A DNA stretch of 64,000 nt from Oligoflexales bacterium. Lineage in GTDB: Bacteria; Bdellovibrionota_B; Oligoflexia; Oligoflexales; Bog-1112. Of this stretch, positions 32,001-42,730 are shown one piece after another (position 1 is the stretch's first letter; each line of letters begins with the position of its first letter). The translations under genes and the position numbers were made by a program. The notes below the pieces were generated by a model that searched no databases, was not told where the DNA came from, and saw only the letters and a program-made list of their open reading frames with translations. The DNA lies in contig JBGCDR010000181.1 in the NCBI GenBank assembly GCA_045105515.1, forward strand, positions 35,501 through 99,500, read 5' to 3'.

Positions 32001-34436
32001 ATGGTCGTCAAGAAGGATCACAACGAAACTGGTACTGATGTGGAGCTTCCGTTGTTGCCACTGAAAGATATTGTCGTATTTCCACATATGATTATTCCCG
32101 TATTTATAAACGAAGACTTATGTGTAAATGCTGTCGAAGAAAGTTTAAATTCTCACAGAAAGATTTTCCTTTCTGCCTTCAAGGTAGCTGGTGAAGAAGG
32201 TGAAGGTCTTGAATCGAGTCTGGAAGCTCCTTTTGACGTTTATGACATTGGCACCGTTTGCTCAATAATGCGTACTAGAAAACTTCCAGATGGAAGAATG
32301 AAAGTCTTAGTCCAAGGTCTAAATAAAGCCTGTATTCAAGAGTTAAGCCGAACAGAAGAATTTCCAGCTGTAGTTTTAAAAAGCCGCAAAGAGCCAACTC
32401 TCTCAGCTCAATCACCCGAAGTCGAAGCTATGTTGAGAGCTGTAAGAGAAAATCTTGAGCGTGTAGTAAGCCTTGGAAAAATATTGTCGCCTGATATTCT
32501 AATGGTCCTAGAGGACGTAAAAGATCCAGGACGTTTAGCTGATCTTGTCGCAGCAAATTTGGGATTAAAGGTTGAGGAAGCCCAATCAATATTAGCAATA
32601 TTTGACCCGATCGAGAGATTAAACAAGGTTCACACCTATCTTTCTAGAGAGATTGAAGTCTATCAGATGCAAGTTAGAATTCAGTCGCAAGCTAAAGAAG
32701 AGATCGGTCGTGTCCAAAGGGAACACTACCTTAGAGAGCAAATTAGAGCATTAAAAACAGAGCTAGGTGATTCAGATCCAAAAGACGAGCTAGATGATTT
32801 ATGGAAGCAGATAGAAGACGTAGAGCTTACCAAGGAAGCAAAAGATGAGGTATCTAGGCAACTTAGAAGATTAGAAAGAATGCATCAGGATACAAGTGAA
32901 GCAGCCCTCACTAGAAACCACATCGAAACCATCCTACAATTACCCTGGTCAGTTTTCTCAGAAGATAAGTTAGATCTAGGTCAAGTGAATGAAGTTCTTA
33001 ACACTGATCATTATGGACTAGACCAGATTAAAGATCGAATTATTGAATACCTAGCAGTCAAGAAACTTAACCCTCAAGCTAAGAGTCCAATAATTTGCTT
33101 TGTCGGACCTCCAGGTGTCGGTAAAACTAGTTTGGGCCATTCAATTGCCAAAGCAATGGAACGAAAATTCGCGCGCATCTCACTTGGAGGAGTTCGCGAC
33201 GAAGCTGATATTAGAGGACATAGAAAAACCTACGTAGGAGCATATCCTGGGAGAGTGATCACCAGTTTGAAACAGGCGGAAACAGCAAATCCTATTATTA
33301 TGTTAGATGAAATCGACAAGTTGGGCTCAGACCACAGAGGTGACCCTTCAGCAGCTCTTCTGGAAGTATTGGATCCCGAGCAAAATCATAAATTTACCGA
33401 TCATTACCTAGGGGTTGCGTTTGACTTGTCTAAGGTGATGTTTATTGCCAATGCAAATACCTTGGAAACCATTCCTCACCCTCTTAGAGATCGTTTGGAA
33501 ATCATCGAACTTTCAGGGTATTCTGAGGATGAAAAAGCTGAAATTGCCAACAAGTTTCTTATTCCCAAGCAAGTCAAAGAAAATGGTCTATCTGATACTG
33601 GTATTTCGTTTAGTAAAGGTGCAGTACATAGTTTAATTCGCGGCTATACAAGAGAAAGTGGCCTCCGAAACCTCGAAAAGCAAATCGCACGGGTTTGCAG
33701 AAAAATTGCACGAATTTATGCGGAAGACCATGAGAGAAAGAAAGAAGATTTAAAGATCACCCCAACACAGGTTCAAAAATATTTAGGTGCCAAAAAATTT
33801 CTTGATGATTTTTATCATGCAGACCCTACCATAGGAGTTGCCTTGGGTATGGCATTTACTCAATTTGGTGGGGAGATCCTCGCACTCGAAACAAGCCTAC
33901 TTCCAGGCAAAGGCAAGCTGGTATTGACCGGTCAGCTAGGTGACGTTATGAAAGAATCGGCTCAGGCTGCATACAGCTTTCTTCGAGCAAAATCTGGGGA
34001 ATTTGGCTTTGATCCCAAAGCTTTACAAAACCATGAAATCCACCTCCATATACCCCAAGGTGCTGTTCCTAAAGATGGACCAAGTGCAGGAATCGCAATA
34101 GCAACATCAATCCTTTCAGCTTTGGTTAAACAGGCACCATTACCTGGAACCTGTATGACTGGAGAAATAACGATTCTAGGAAAAGTTTTGCCTATTGGTG
34201 GACTCAAGGAAAAAATTCTTGCGGCCCAGCGGGAGAACTTGTCCCATGTAATTTTACCTGAAAAGAATAAGGCTGCATTTAATACATTGCCGACGAATAT
34301 TAAAAGAAAACTTAAATTTTACTTTGTTAACGAATATTCAGAGGTTTTTGACATCCTTTTCAAAATCAACCAAGAAGGTGTTGTCATTCCCCACCCTTCC
34401 AACGAACTAGGCAACACGCAAGACTTGGCAAGCTAA
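32001..34436 (+). CDS. lon: ATP-dependent protease La
   Basis: LPLLPLKD N-domain, GPPGVGKTS, DEIDK, PKDGPSAG, IGGLKEK. Confidence 0.98.
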   Translation: MVVKKDHNETGTDVELPLLPLKDIVVFPHMIIPVFINEDLCVNAVEESLNSHRKIFLSAFKVAGEEGEGLESSLEAPFDVYDIGTVCSIMRTRKLPDGRMKVLVQGLNKACIQELSRTEEFPAVVLKSRKEPTLSAQSPEVEAMLRAVRENLERVVSLGKILSPDILMVLEDVKDPGRLADLVAANLGLKVEEAQSILAIFDPIERLNKVHTYLSREIEVYQMQVRIQSQAKEEIGRVQREHYLREQIRALKTELGDSDPKDELDDLWKQIEDVELTKEAKDEVSRQLRRLERMHQDTSEAALTRNHIETILQLPWSVFSEDKLDLGQVNEVLNTDHYGLDQIKDRIIEYLAVKKLNPQAKSPIICFVGPPGVGKTSLGHSIAKAMERKFARISLGGVRDEADIRGHRKTYVGAYPGRVITSLKQAETANPIIMLDEIDKLGSDHRGDPSAALLEVLDPEQNHKFTDHYLGVAFDLSKVMFIANANTLETIPHPLRDRLEIIELSGYSEDEKAEIANKFLIPKQVKENGLSDTGISFSKGAVHSLIRGYTRESGLRNLEKQIARVCRKIARIYAEDHERKKEDLKITPTQVQKYLGAKKFLDDFYHADPTIGVALGMAFTQFGGEILALETSLLPGKGKLVLTGQLGDVMKESAQAAYSFLRAKSGEFGFDPKALQNHEIHLHIPQGAVPKDGPSAGIAIATSILSALVKQAPLPGTCMTGEITILGKVLPIGGLKEKILAAQRENLSHVILPEKNKAAFNTLPTNIKRKLKFYFVNEYSEVFDILFKINQEGVVIPHPSNELGNTQDLAS

Positions 34437-34542
34437 GGGACTAAATGTCCCTCAGTTCATTATTCTTTCTTGACCTTTCTAAATTACAAGATCTGTTTAT
34501 AATCAATTTAGAGTGGCAGTTTGCGCTTAATAGGAAGGGTAT

Positions 34543-34788
34543 ATGATTCAGGATCTAGTAAAGTGGCTTTTTAAAATTTTTGTACACCTGGTAGTTTGGG
34601 TATTTATATTATCAATTCAATGGGATGGAAGGACTCTGTACGACCGAGCCCATGAAGTCTTGGTTGATAATCCCGTGATTGATCTGGTTGATGAGGAGTT
34701 AAAAGACCTATGGGACAAGGTCTCAGCAACTGCAGAGTCAACCTATGCAAAGCTTCGAAAAGAAGAAAATAAAGAAAAATTCCAATAG
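34543..34788 (+). CDS. Small membrane-anchored hypothetical protein
   Basis: N-terminal hydrophobic helix; GGAAGG RBS. Confidence 0.6.
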   Translation: MIQDLVKWLFKIFVHLVVWVFILSIQWDGRTLYDRAHEVLVDNPVIDLVDEELKDLWDKVSATAESTYAKLRKEENKEKFQ

Positions 34789-34953
34789 ATAAATACCGCG
34801 TTTTATTGGTAGTTCAATCAATTTCAATGATTAAACTAGACAAGACAACTTAGAAATGGCATGGAAACAAGCGATCAACTGATCTATTTTATCAAATCGA
34901 GAAGATCTGCATCAATTAACAATTTTTTAAATTCCAAATAATGAGGTTAAAAT

Positions 34954-35529
34954 TTGGCAGTATTAACTATAGTTGAATGGCCTGCGAAAGTCTTAGAAAC
35001 AAAAGCTTCCGACGTCACCGAGTTCGACACAATATTACAACAGTTTGTTCAAGATATGCACGATACAATGGATAAAGCCCAGGGAATCGGACTGGCAGCA
35101 AATCAGGTAGGTAGCTTACAACGAGTTCTCACCATACACATTCCTTATCACGAACCTAACGCTGAAGAGGGAGCTGATAAAGTGCGGGAGCCAGATACTC
35201 GAGAATGGTGGCACGATAAGCGCTTCACGTTTATAAATCCTACCATCGAAAAAAAATCTGGCAAAGCTCGCTATATGGAGGGGTGCCTTAGCTTTCCCGA
35301 AATTTACGACTATGTCGACCGTGCTGAGACTATTGTGGTCAAAGCCAAAGACGAGTTTGGGAAAGAGTTTAGCGTAGAAGCAACAGGACTGTTTTCAATC
35401 TGCCTGCAACATGAGATTGATCATATTGATGGGATTGTGTTTATTAGTAGAATGAGTCGGCTTAAGGCCCAAATGATAAAGAAAAAAATCAATAAGCGAC
35501 AGCTTCTTAGCTCTCCCGAAGGCACCTAA
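34954..35529 (+). CDS. def: Peptide deformylase
   Basis: GIGLAANQVG, EGCLS, QHEIDH; TTG start after GAGG. Confidence 0.96.
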   Translation: MAVLTIVEWPAKVLETKASDVTEFDTILQQFVQDMHDTMDKAQGIGLAANQVGSLQRVLTIHIPYHEPNAEEGADKVREPDTREWWHDKRFTFINPTIEKKSGKARYMEGCLSFPEIYDYVDRAETIVVKAKDEFGKEFSVEATGLFSICLQHEIDHIDGIVFISRMSRLKAQMIKKKINKRQLLSSPEGT

Positions 35530-35530
35530 T

Positions 35531-36190
35531 ATGAGCATTATCTCTCCTTCTATTTTATCTGCAGATCCATTAAATTTGCAGCGGGATATCACTGAGGTGG
35601 AAAATGGAGGAGCAGATTGGCACCATATTGATGTAATGGATGGTCACTTTGTACCTAATTTAAGCTTTGGCTTACCTCTTATTTCGTCTTTAAAACGATT
35701 TTGTTCTTTGCCGCTCGATGTCCATCTTATGATCCAAAACCCTGAGAACATGATTCCCGAATACATCAAGGCTGGAGCCAATTTTGTAACATTCCATGTG
35801 GAAACCACAGCACATTCACATCGATTAGTTCAATCGATCAAGGAAAAAGGTGTCAAAGCTGGTGTTGCAATCAATCCAGGCACACCAATACAACATCTAG
35901 ACCCTCTATTAAGCGACGTTGATCTCATACTAGTAATGTCGGTCAACCCCGGGTTTGGAGGACAAGAATTTATCCAACAGTCTTGTGAGCGTGTAGGTAC
36001 TTTAGCTGACAAACTCAAAGAAATCGGTCGTTATAATGATGTCATTATTCAAGTGGATGGGGGCATAAACGAAACCACCATTCAGAAAGTATATGACTCG
36101 GGAGCAAAGGCTTTTGTAGCTGGCTCTTATATATACGGAGCAAAGGACCGCTCAAAAGTAATTCAAAAGCTCAAGGAGCTCACCGTATAG
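35531..36190 (+). CDS. rpe: Ribulose-phosphate 3-epimerase
   Basis: SPSILSAD, HIDVMDGHFVPN, MSVNPGFGGQ, VDGG. Confidence 0.97.
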   Translation: MSIISPSILSADPLNLQRDITEVENGGADWHHIDVMDGHFVPNLSFGLPLISSLKRFCSLPLDVHLMIQNPENMIPEYIKAGANFVTFHVETTAHSHRLVQSIKEKGVKAGVAINPGTPIQHLDPLLSDVDLILVMSVNPGFGGQEFIQQSCERVGTLADKLKEIGRYNDVIIQVDGGINETTIQKVYDSGAKAFVAGSYIYGAKDRSKVIQKLKELTV

Positions 36191-36220
36191 ACATAGAGAA
36201 AAATTTAAAAGGGGCAAAAA

Positions 36221-37756
36221 ATGGATGATGGGTTTGTTCTGGGCAAGCAAGAGTTGACTATAGAAAAGTTAGTTTGTTTAGGACGATCCCTAAAACCCAA
36301 ACTTAAGATAGATGCCAAGAGCCTTCAAAACCTGATTATGTATCGAAAATTTGTTATTAAAGGTCTGGAAAGTTCGAAAACCATCTATGGAGTTAACACA
36401 GGTTTCGGTTACTTATCTCAGGTAAAAATACCAGCTGAAAAACTACAGCAATTACAGCTCAACCTCATTCGCTCCCATGCTTGCGGAGTTGGCAATGATG
36501 CTCCTTTAGAGGTGGTCAGATCTTTACTAATTCTTAGAGCACACACTTTTTTACTAGGGCACAGTGGAGTAAGCCAAGAATGCCTCAATACCATATTCGC
36601 ATTTTTAGAGCATGATTTGCTGCCAAGAATTCCCATGAAGGGCTCAGTAGGAGCCTCAGGTGACCTTGCACCTTTGGCACATCTAGCTTTAGGCCTCATT
36701 GGCGAAGGTGAGATTTATTACCACGGAGAAAAATTCCCAGCCAAGCAAGCCCTCAAGCTTGCAGGAATTGAACCATTAAAGCCTGCCGCCAAAGAAGGGC
36801 TATCACTCATCAATGGCACACACTTCATGACAAGTTTGGGTGCATATGCGATGGAGCAAGCCAACATTATTGCCAAATCTGCAGACATCATTGCGACTAT
36901 GAGCCTCGATGCAATCAGAGGAACCACCGCTGCATTTGACCTTAGGATTCAACAAGCACGCCCTCATCCTGGGCAGGAGCTGGTAGCACGCAATATTCTT
37001 ATGCTGCTGGAAGGAGATGACCAAATTAAGGAAAGCCATAAAGGCTGCGACAAAGTTCAAGACCCCTATAGCTTTCGCTGTATTCCTCAAGTTCATGGAG
37101 CATGCCGAGACACCTTGGAATTTGTAAGAAATAAGGTCAATATAGAGCTCAATAGCGTAACAGATAACCCTTTAATATTCGAGGATGGGGACCTAATAAG
37201 TGGAGGAAATTTCCATGGGCAACCCATTGCAATGGCGATGGATTTTTTAGCCATTGCTGTAGCCGAATTTGGGAGCATATCGGAACGACGCATAGAAAAA
37301 ATTACCAACCCTAATCTAAGCGGATTACCTGCTTTTGTGACCGAAGAGGTTGGATTAAATTCTGGATACATGATTCCACATGTTGTTTCAGCAGCACTAG
37401 CATCAGAAAACAAGATCTTATGCCACCCTGCAAGCATTGACAGCATCCCCACTTCGGCTGACAAAGAAGACCATGTCAGCATGGGGCCTATTGCAGCAAG
37501 GAAGGCCCTAGAAATAAATGAGAATGTTGCAAGTATTCTTGCCATAGAGCTGCTAGCATCTTGTCAAGCCATCGACTTGCTTAAGCCACTCAAACCTTCG
37601 CCTTTACTCCAAGTGGTCTATAATAGTGTTAGGAGTCAGTCACCTTATATGAGCAACGATCGTTCATTGAGAGAAGACATTGAAGCCACAACAAAAATGA
37701 TACAAAGTGGATCTCTGCTAGAACTAGTTGCCGACGAAGGACTTAAGCTTAATTAG
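36221..37756 (+). CDS. hutH: Histidine ammonia-lyase
   Basis: YGVNTGFG, LIRSHACG, MIO-forming GASGDL, VQDPYSFRC, SGGNFHG, EDHVSMG. Confidence 0.95.
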   Translation: MDDGFVLGKQELTIEKLVCLGRSLKPKLKIDAKSLQNLIMYRKFVIKGLESSKTIYGVNTGFGYLSQVKIPAEKLQQLQLNLIRSHACGVGNDAPLEVVRSLLILRAHTFLLGHSGVSQECLNTIFAFLEHDLLPRIPMKGSVGASGDLAPLAHLALGLIGEGEIYYHGEKFPAKQALKLAGIEPLKPAAKEGLSLINGTHFMTSLGAYAMEQANIIAKSADIIATMSLDAIRGTTAAFDLRIQQARPHPGQELVARNILMLLEGDDQIKESHKGCDKVQDPYSFRCIPQVHGACRDTLEFVRNKVNIELNSVTDNPLIFEDGDLISGGNFHGQPIAMAMDFLAIAVAEFGSISERRIEKITNPNLSGLPAFVTEEVGLNSGYMIPHVVSAALASENKILCHPASIDSIPTSADKEDHVSMGPIAARKALEINENVASILAIELLASCQAIDLLKPLKPSPLLQVVYNSVRSQSPYMSNDRSLREDIEATTKMIQSGSLLELVADEGLKLN

Positions 37757-37799
37757 GAAGTGAGTTCCAAATCAAGACCTTTCACCAACAGAGGTAGCT

Positions 37800-38273
37800 A
37801 TGAGATTAAGTATGATTTTCCCAATTTTTGCCCTATTAGTGACTTTGCTCTCCACTCAAACCCAAGCAACCGAAAAAAAGCAGCTTAGAAAAAGCATTCA
37901 AAGCAGTGTTCAAGTGAATGGAATCTTTAAAGTATCGGCAATTGAAACAAAGAAATTTCCTCGCGGTGATAGTGAATATAAGCGTATCTATTTTCAAGAA
38001 CTTGAAACTTCAAAAAAAGATCTGCAAGAAATTTACTTAGATAGTGTCAGTGTTCATCCAGCGCTCAAGCCTGGGTCAAGCTTCGAACTTTCAGCTGAAG
38101 TTAATTCAAAAGTCCAATCAAAAAAAGCATTTGAGGCTCTGCAAATTTTACTTTTTATCCCACAGAATGGCAGAAAAATTTCTGTTTGGCTTTTGTCTCT
38201 CAAAAATAAAGATTTGGACTTAAGAGGTGCAAAATACTTTAAGATGCACAATCCTGATTTCATCATCCTCTAA
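37800..38273 (+). CDS. Secreted hypothetical protein
   Basis: Sec signal (TQA cleavage); GAGGT RBS. Confidence 0.65.
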   Translation: MRLSMIFPIFALLVTLLSTQTQATEKKQLRKSIQSSVQVNGIFKVSAIETKKFPRGDSEYKRIYFQELETSKKDLQEIYLDSVSVHPALKPGSSFELSAEVNSKVQSKKAFEALQILLFIPQNGRKISVWLLSLKNKDLDLRGAKYFKMHNPDFIIL

Positions 38274-38475
38274 AAATTCAAGCTTCTTTCGATAACAGAA
38301 ACATTATTAAATTTTTGGTTAAAAAATTGAGATTGATATGGAAGCTTGACCAATACTTATAACCAAAGCTTACTAGCTAGCTTCAGCGTGGACATGAGTT
38401 AGATTGCATGAAACAATAGGCTGCTTGCTGGCAAAGTTTTCTGCCACATTGTTTCAACTTAAGGTAGGTACTAGT

Positions 38476-39624
38476 GTGAATCAGCCACAAAATCACCCTT
38501 TTAGAATTCCCTTTGAAGATAAGTTTTCTGATCGCAACTATTTACGAAAAACATGGACAGGTAGGCTAGTTATAGCTAATGGAATCATGTTTGTGATTCT
38601 AACTTTGAGTGGGAATTCGATTTTTAAGTCAATTCTCCATCCTGGCACCGAAACACTTATTAATTTTGGCGCAAAGGAAGCTGTGGCTCTTGCTCACGGT
38701 GAGTGGTGGCGCCTTATTTGCCCTATTTTCTTGCATATCGGCATCATCCATTTCTTATTAAATAACGCAGCACTTAGGATTGTAGGTAGGATCATCGAAA
38801 ACTATGTTGGTAGCTTCTGGTTTTTATTGATCTATTTTATTTCAGGAATATTTGGAAACCTCTGCTCAGCATTGAGTAATACCGCAATTGGTGCTGGCGC
38901 TTCGGGAGCTATATTTGGTCTTATTGGAGTAGGAGTTATCGTAGAATGGGTTTATGAGTTCCAAAGCCGCCAAACTCAGGCTGAAGTCTTAGTTCAAGGA
39001 AATATCATCGAAGTAGAAACCGTTGACAAACCTACACGTAAGTTTAAGTTCATCCCTGGCCCTTTCACCTTCATGGCACTTTTAAATATCGGCTTAGCAA
39101 TCAGCTTAAATTTCATCTTTTCACTTTCGGATTCAATAGGAATCGGTATCGATAACGCTGCTCACCTCGGTGGTTTGGCATCAGGTATGATCTTAGGCCT
39201 TGCCTCACTTTTTTCAGTACCTAATAAGCTCTTAGCACCCCGTAAAGTCATATCAGGTGGGTTGGTACTCATGAGTAGTATTGTGTGCCTTAGCGTCGCT
39301 ACAGGCATGACGAAAACAAATATGATAAGAGATCTATATCTTGCTGACGCCAGTTCACAAGAGCCAGTGATACGATTCTGGCGCTACTCTCGCTGGCTTG
39401 ACTTCGACCAAATCAATCCACAGTTTCGGTTTTTACGTGGTGAGTTATTGATCAAAAATGGAGAATATGATGCCGCGATGGAAGATTTTCAATTTCCACT
39501 AGCTTTACCAGAGTTTGAAGTGAAATTCGACGAGCTAATCCAGGAGCTGTATCAGCAAGGAAACCAACAAGGAGCAATCACCCTTAAAAAGAAGCTTATG
39601 GAAAGCCCTCCGAACCGTTTATAA
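38476..39624 (+). CDS. Rhomboid intramembrane serine protease with C-terminal TPR-like tail
   Basis: GEWWRL, HFLLNN, GASGAIFG, AHLGG; likely GTG start at 38476. Confidence 0.9.
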   Translation: MNQPQNHPFRIPFEDKFSDRNYLRKTWTGRLVIANGIMFVILTLSGNSIFKSILHPGTETLINFGAKEAVALAHGEWWRLICPIFLHIGIIHFLLNNAALRIVGRIIENYVGSFWFLLIYFISGIFGNLCSALSNTAIGAGASGAIFGLIGVGVIVEWVYEFQSRQTQAEVLVQGNIIEVETVDKPTRKFKFIPGPFTFMALLNIGLAISLNFIFSLSDSIGIGIDNAAHLGGLASGMILGLASLFSVPNKLLAPRKVISGGLVLMSSIVCLSVATGMTKTNMIRDLYLADASSQEPVIRFWRYSRWLDFDQINPQFRFLRGELLIKNGEYDAAMEDFQFPLALPEFEVKFDELIQELYQQGNQQGAITLKKKLMESPPNRL

Positions 39625-39627
39625 GAT

Positions 39628-39903
39628 TTAGCGCTTCTTTACTGACTCTTTTAAAGCAGCTCCTGCTTTAAAAACCGGAACCCATTTTGCTGGAATCTTA
39701 ATTTCTTCGCCTGTCTGAGGATTTCTACCCAGCCTTGCTTTCCTCTTTGCCGCAGAAAAACTACCTAATCCAGCAATTTTAACTCCTTCTTTGCGGACAT
39801 TGTTATAAATCGCATCAAGAAATGTGCTTAGGAAACGGTCTGATTCAGCTTTAGAAGTATCCATCTCGTTAGCGATGTACTCTACAAGTTCAGCTCTATT
39901 CAT
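39628..39903 (-). CDS. HU-family DNA-binding protein
   Basis: MNRAELV, GLGSF, RLGRNPQTGEEIKIPA, FKAG. Confidence 0.95.
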   Translation of the reverse strand: MNRAELVEYIANEMDTSKAESDRFLSTFLDAIYNNVRKEGVKIAGLGSFSAAKRKARLGRNPQTGEEIKIPAKWVPVFKAGAALKESVKKR

Positions 39904-40187
39904 GAGGAATCCTCTGTGAAAATGATTAATTGGGAAATATTCACTTATCTCCCAATAGGAATTGCTTAGGTTTTTTACCTTTGAAATGCTAAGTTTTCAA
40001 ATAGGAACTTTTTTAAGATCATTACAATGCTATTTAGAAGTGCAATTTTTTAATTACAACAAATGTATTGGCTAAGGATTAGAAAGTTATTTTTTTACAC
40101 CAGAAGCCTATCAATCGTTGAAAAAACCAGGGATATAGATTAGTTAATATCGATAGGTATTCACAGTTCATAAGAAAAGGTCTTACC

Positions 40188-40832
40188 ATGCTAAAACCAC
40201 TTATTAAGTCAGTTTTACTCATTTCAATGACTATTGGATTCACTAGAACAAGCTATGGACTTATTAGCGTTCAAGCAATGGTTGGTACTGATTCCACCGA
40301 ACTAAAAGACATTGGAAATGGCTCTGCTGATCAAACTTTCTCTGGAACGAGCCTTGGTGTCGCCGCTCACTTGGACCCAATTCCCCTTGTTCCTGTAGGC
40401 TTTGGGCTAGGAATTCAAATGCCCACTACAAGTGCCTCTGCCGATGGTAACGACTATGAACTAAATGGACTTGTAGTTGACCTACAGCTTACAGCTTGGC
40501 TACCTATGGTCAGCAAGGTTATTGGCATAACTCCCTTTGCAAAAATCGGATATATTCCATTTGGTGCATACACCTTAAAAATGAAGTTGCCCGTGGGAAC
40601 TCAAACACTAGATGCTACAGCTCCCTTAAAAAGCTCTGGAACCCACTTCGCTGTAGGTGCAACATACTCACTTCCGTTTATTCCTCTAGCGAGCGCACTT
40701 TTCCAGATTTCAATGCGCAATGAAACCTTAGACTATGAGACCTTTGAAGTGAGTGGAGTCGAATTTAAAATTGACGAAAGCGTTAGTAAAACAAGTACGA
40801 ACCTCCTACTTGGTGTAGAGGTTGGTATCTAG
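40188..40832 (+). CDS. Small outer-membrane beta-barrel protein
   Basis: Signal peptide, alternating beta-strands, C-terminal LLGVEVGI. Confidence 0.65.
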   Translation: MLKPLIKSVLLISMTIGFTRTSYGLISVQAMVGTDSTELKDIGNGSADQTFSGTSLGVAAHLDPIPLVPVGFGLGIQMPTTSASADGNDYELNGLVVDLQLTAWLPMVSKVIGITPFAKIGYIPFGAYTLKMKLPVGTQTLDATAPLKSSGTHFAVGATYSLPFIPLASALFQISMRNETLDYETFEVSGVEFKIDESVSKTSTNLLLGVEVGI

Positions 40833-41581
40833 TTTATTAGATTCGGTTCAGGTATTTCTAGAATATAAATATATTTCGGACCCACCTTAGACTCCGCAAA
40901 TTGATAAAAAAATCGCTCCAAACCTGCTTCACTATTAAGGTCCATGCGGTGAACATTACTTTTTTTGGTTGCATGATAAAACCATGCATGTTCATCTTTG
41001 TCAGGGATTATAAGGCCAACATGATAAAAGATATGCTGATATCCCCGTTTTCTAGTTTCCTTATTTATAGAAAATAGATAAAGATTTCCAGGTTTTATTC
41101 TTCCTAGAACTTCCTCCCAAAGGTGTTTTTTGTGTAAATTAAATCCACGGGCGCGGTTCCATTGAACCCGCCTTGGTAGAATGTGAGTGGCTCTTTGTCC
41201 CGTTGCTTCCACAAGATTCCATATGACATCAAGTCCATAGTCCCAATCGTGCCCCAATTTTGAGCCCTCACCACTATCATGCTTGCGATCTCGTTCTACC
41301 ATTTCTATAGTGATTGGTTTCTGATAGATCTGTCGGATCACACTCAATAAAAAGCCACTACAATTAAGGCCTGGCTCGGAAAAAATTCGCTCTGGCATGT
41401 TGAAAATTGTATACAAGCCCAAAATATTTTCTACACCATCTTCCCGATAAGGGACACCTAAGAAGGAGTTGGCAATAGATATACTCGGAGATTTTTTGAT
41501 GCTTGGGTACGAAAAACTAATGCTTTGCTCGTTGCACCAAATTATGGAAAATATGATCGCTAATGAGCACCTGTAAAACAT
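40829..41581 (-). CDS. NlpC/P60-like cysteine hydrolase
   Basis: FLGVPY..GLNCSGFL and YHVGLI..FYH catalytic pattern; signal peptide. Confidence 0.7.
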   Translation of the reverse strand: MFYRCSLAIIFSIIWCNEQSISFSYPSIKKSPSISIANSFLGVPYREDGVENILGLYTIFNMPERIFSEPGLNCSGFLLSVIRQIYQKPITIEMVERDRKHDSGEGSKLGHDWDYGLDVIWNLVEATGQRATHILPRRVQWNRARGFNLHKKHLWEEVLGRIKPGNLYLFSINKETRKRGYQHIFYHVGLIIPDKDEHAWFYHATKKSNVHRMDLNSEAGLERFFYQFAESKVGPKYIYILEIPEPNLIN

Positions 41582-41902
41582 TAACTTGACCCTCCCCTTA
41601 TAGGTGTCATCGGAATTGTTGCCTTAATTTGAAATTTGGGCACCCAAATGCTTCTTGGGCACTGTCTTTTTTCTTAATATATCCCAATGATAAATTGGGA
41701 TTATCTTATCTAATTTACAAATCTACTAATTCAAACCCATTATTCTTAATTACCCAATTTAGCTCATCACAAAAACCTGATCACTAAGCTTGCTGAATAT
41801 GGTAGCTTGATCCCACAATTGTTCCCTACTTATTGGCCATCTTTTATACGTATGTGCTAAATGGAACGACCCAACACCTTTTAATCAAACTTAGGGAGTC
41901 TT

Positions 41903-42730
41903 ATGGGGCTATTAACAGAAAAAACCGGAATCATCATGGGGGTAGCAAACAACCGTTCCATTGCTGCTGCCATAGCAGAGAGCGCTTTCGAGCAAGGAGC
42001 TCAGCTTGGCTTTAGCCACTTACCCGATGATAAGGGCAAAATGGAAGCTAGAGTTAGAAAAGTTGTCGACACTATGAACCCACGCTTAGTGGCACCATGC
42101 GACTGTAATCAGGATCAGGAGATAGACTCTTTTTTCACCAAAGTGTCTTCAAGTTATGAAAAAATTGACTTTTTAGTTCACTCTATAGCTTTTGCACCGC
42201 TCGAAGATATTCGCTGCCAGACAATACAAGCAAGTAGGTCAGGATTCTTGACTGCACTTGAAACAAGTGTATACAGCTTTATTGCAGCTGCAAGAGCGGC
42301 ATCAGAACTTATGCCCAATGGTGGTTCTATGCTGACCCTATCCTATTTTGGCGGAGAAAAAGTAGTGGCTGGATATAACCTTATGGGTATTGCAAAAGCA
42401 GCCCTTGAAAGTGCAGTAAAGTACTTAGCCTATGACTTAGGTCCAAAAGGTATTCGTGTAAACGCAATTAGCGCTGGTCCAATTAAGACTCTAGCAGCAT
42501 CCGCAGTAGGAGACTTTGGGGATATGCTAGGAATGAATGCAGCAATTGCACCATCTGGTAAAAACGTAAGTGCTAAAGAAGTTGGCAATACTGCCAGCTT
42601 CCTCCTTAGTGACCTGGCATCGGGTATCACGGGTGAGCTCGTGCATGTTGATGGAGGCTACAATATCATGGGTAGTCCGGGAAGAGCTTTGGAAAAATGG
42701 AATATCAAACCAAGAGACGTCCAATCATAG
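41903..42730 (+). CDS. fabI: Enoyl-ACP reductase
   Basis: GVANNRSIA, VHSIAFAP, YNLMGIAKAALE, ISAGPIKTLAA. Confidence 0.95.
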   Translation: MGLLTEKTGIIMGVANNRSIAAAIAESAFEQGAQLGFSHLPDDKGKMEARVRKVVDTMNPRLVAPCDCNQDQEIDSFFTKVSSSYEKIDFLVHSIAFAPLEDIRCQTIQASRSGFLTALETSVYSFIAAARAASELMPNGGSMLTLSYFGGEKVVAGYNLMGIAKAALESAVKYLAYDLGPKGIRVNAISAGPIKTLAASAVGDFGDMLGMNAAIAPSGKNVSAKEVGNTASFLLSDLASGITGELVHVDGGYNIMGSPGRALEKWNIKPRDVQS

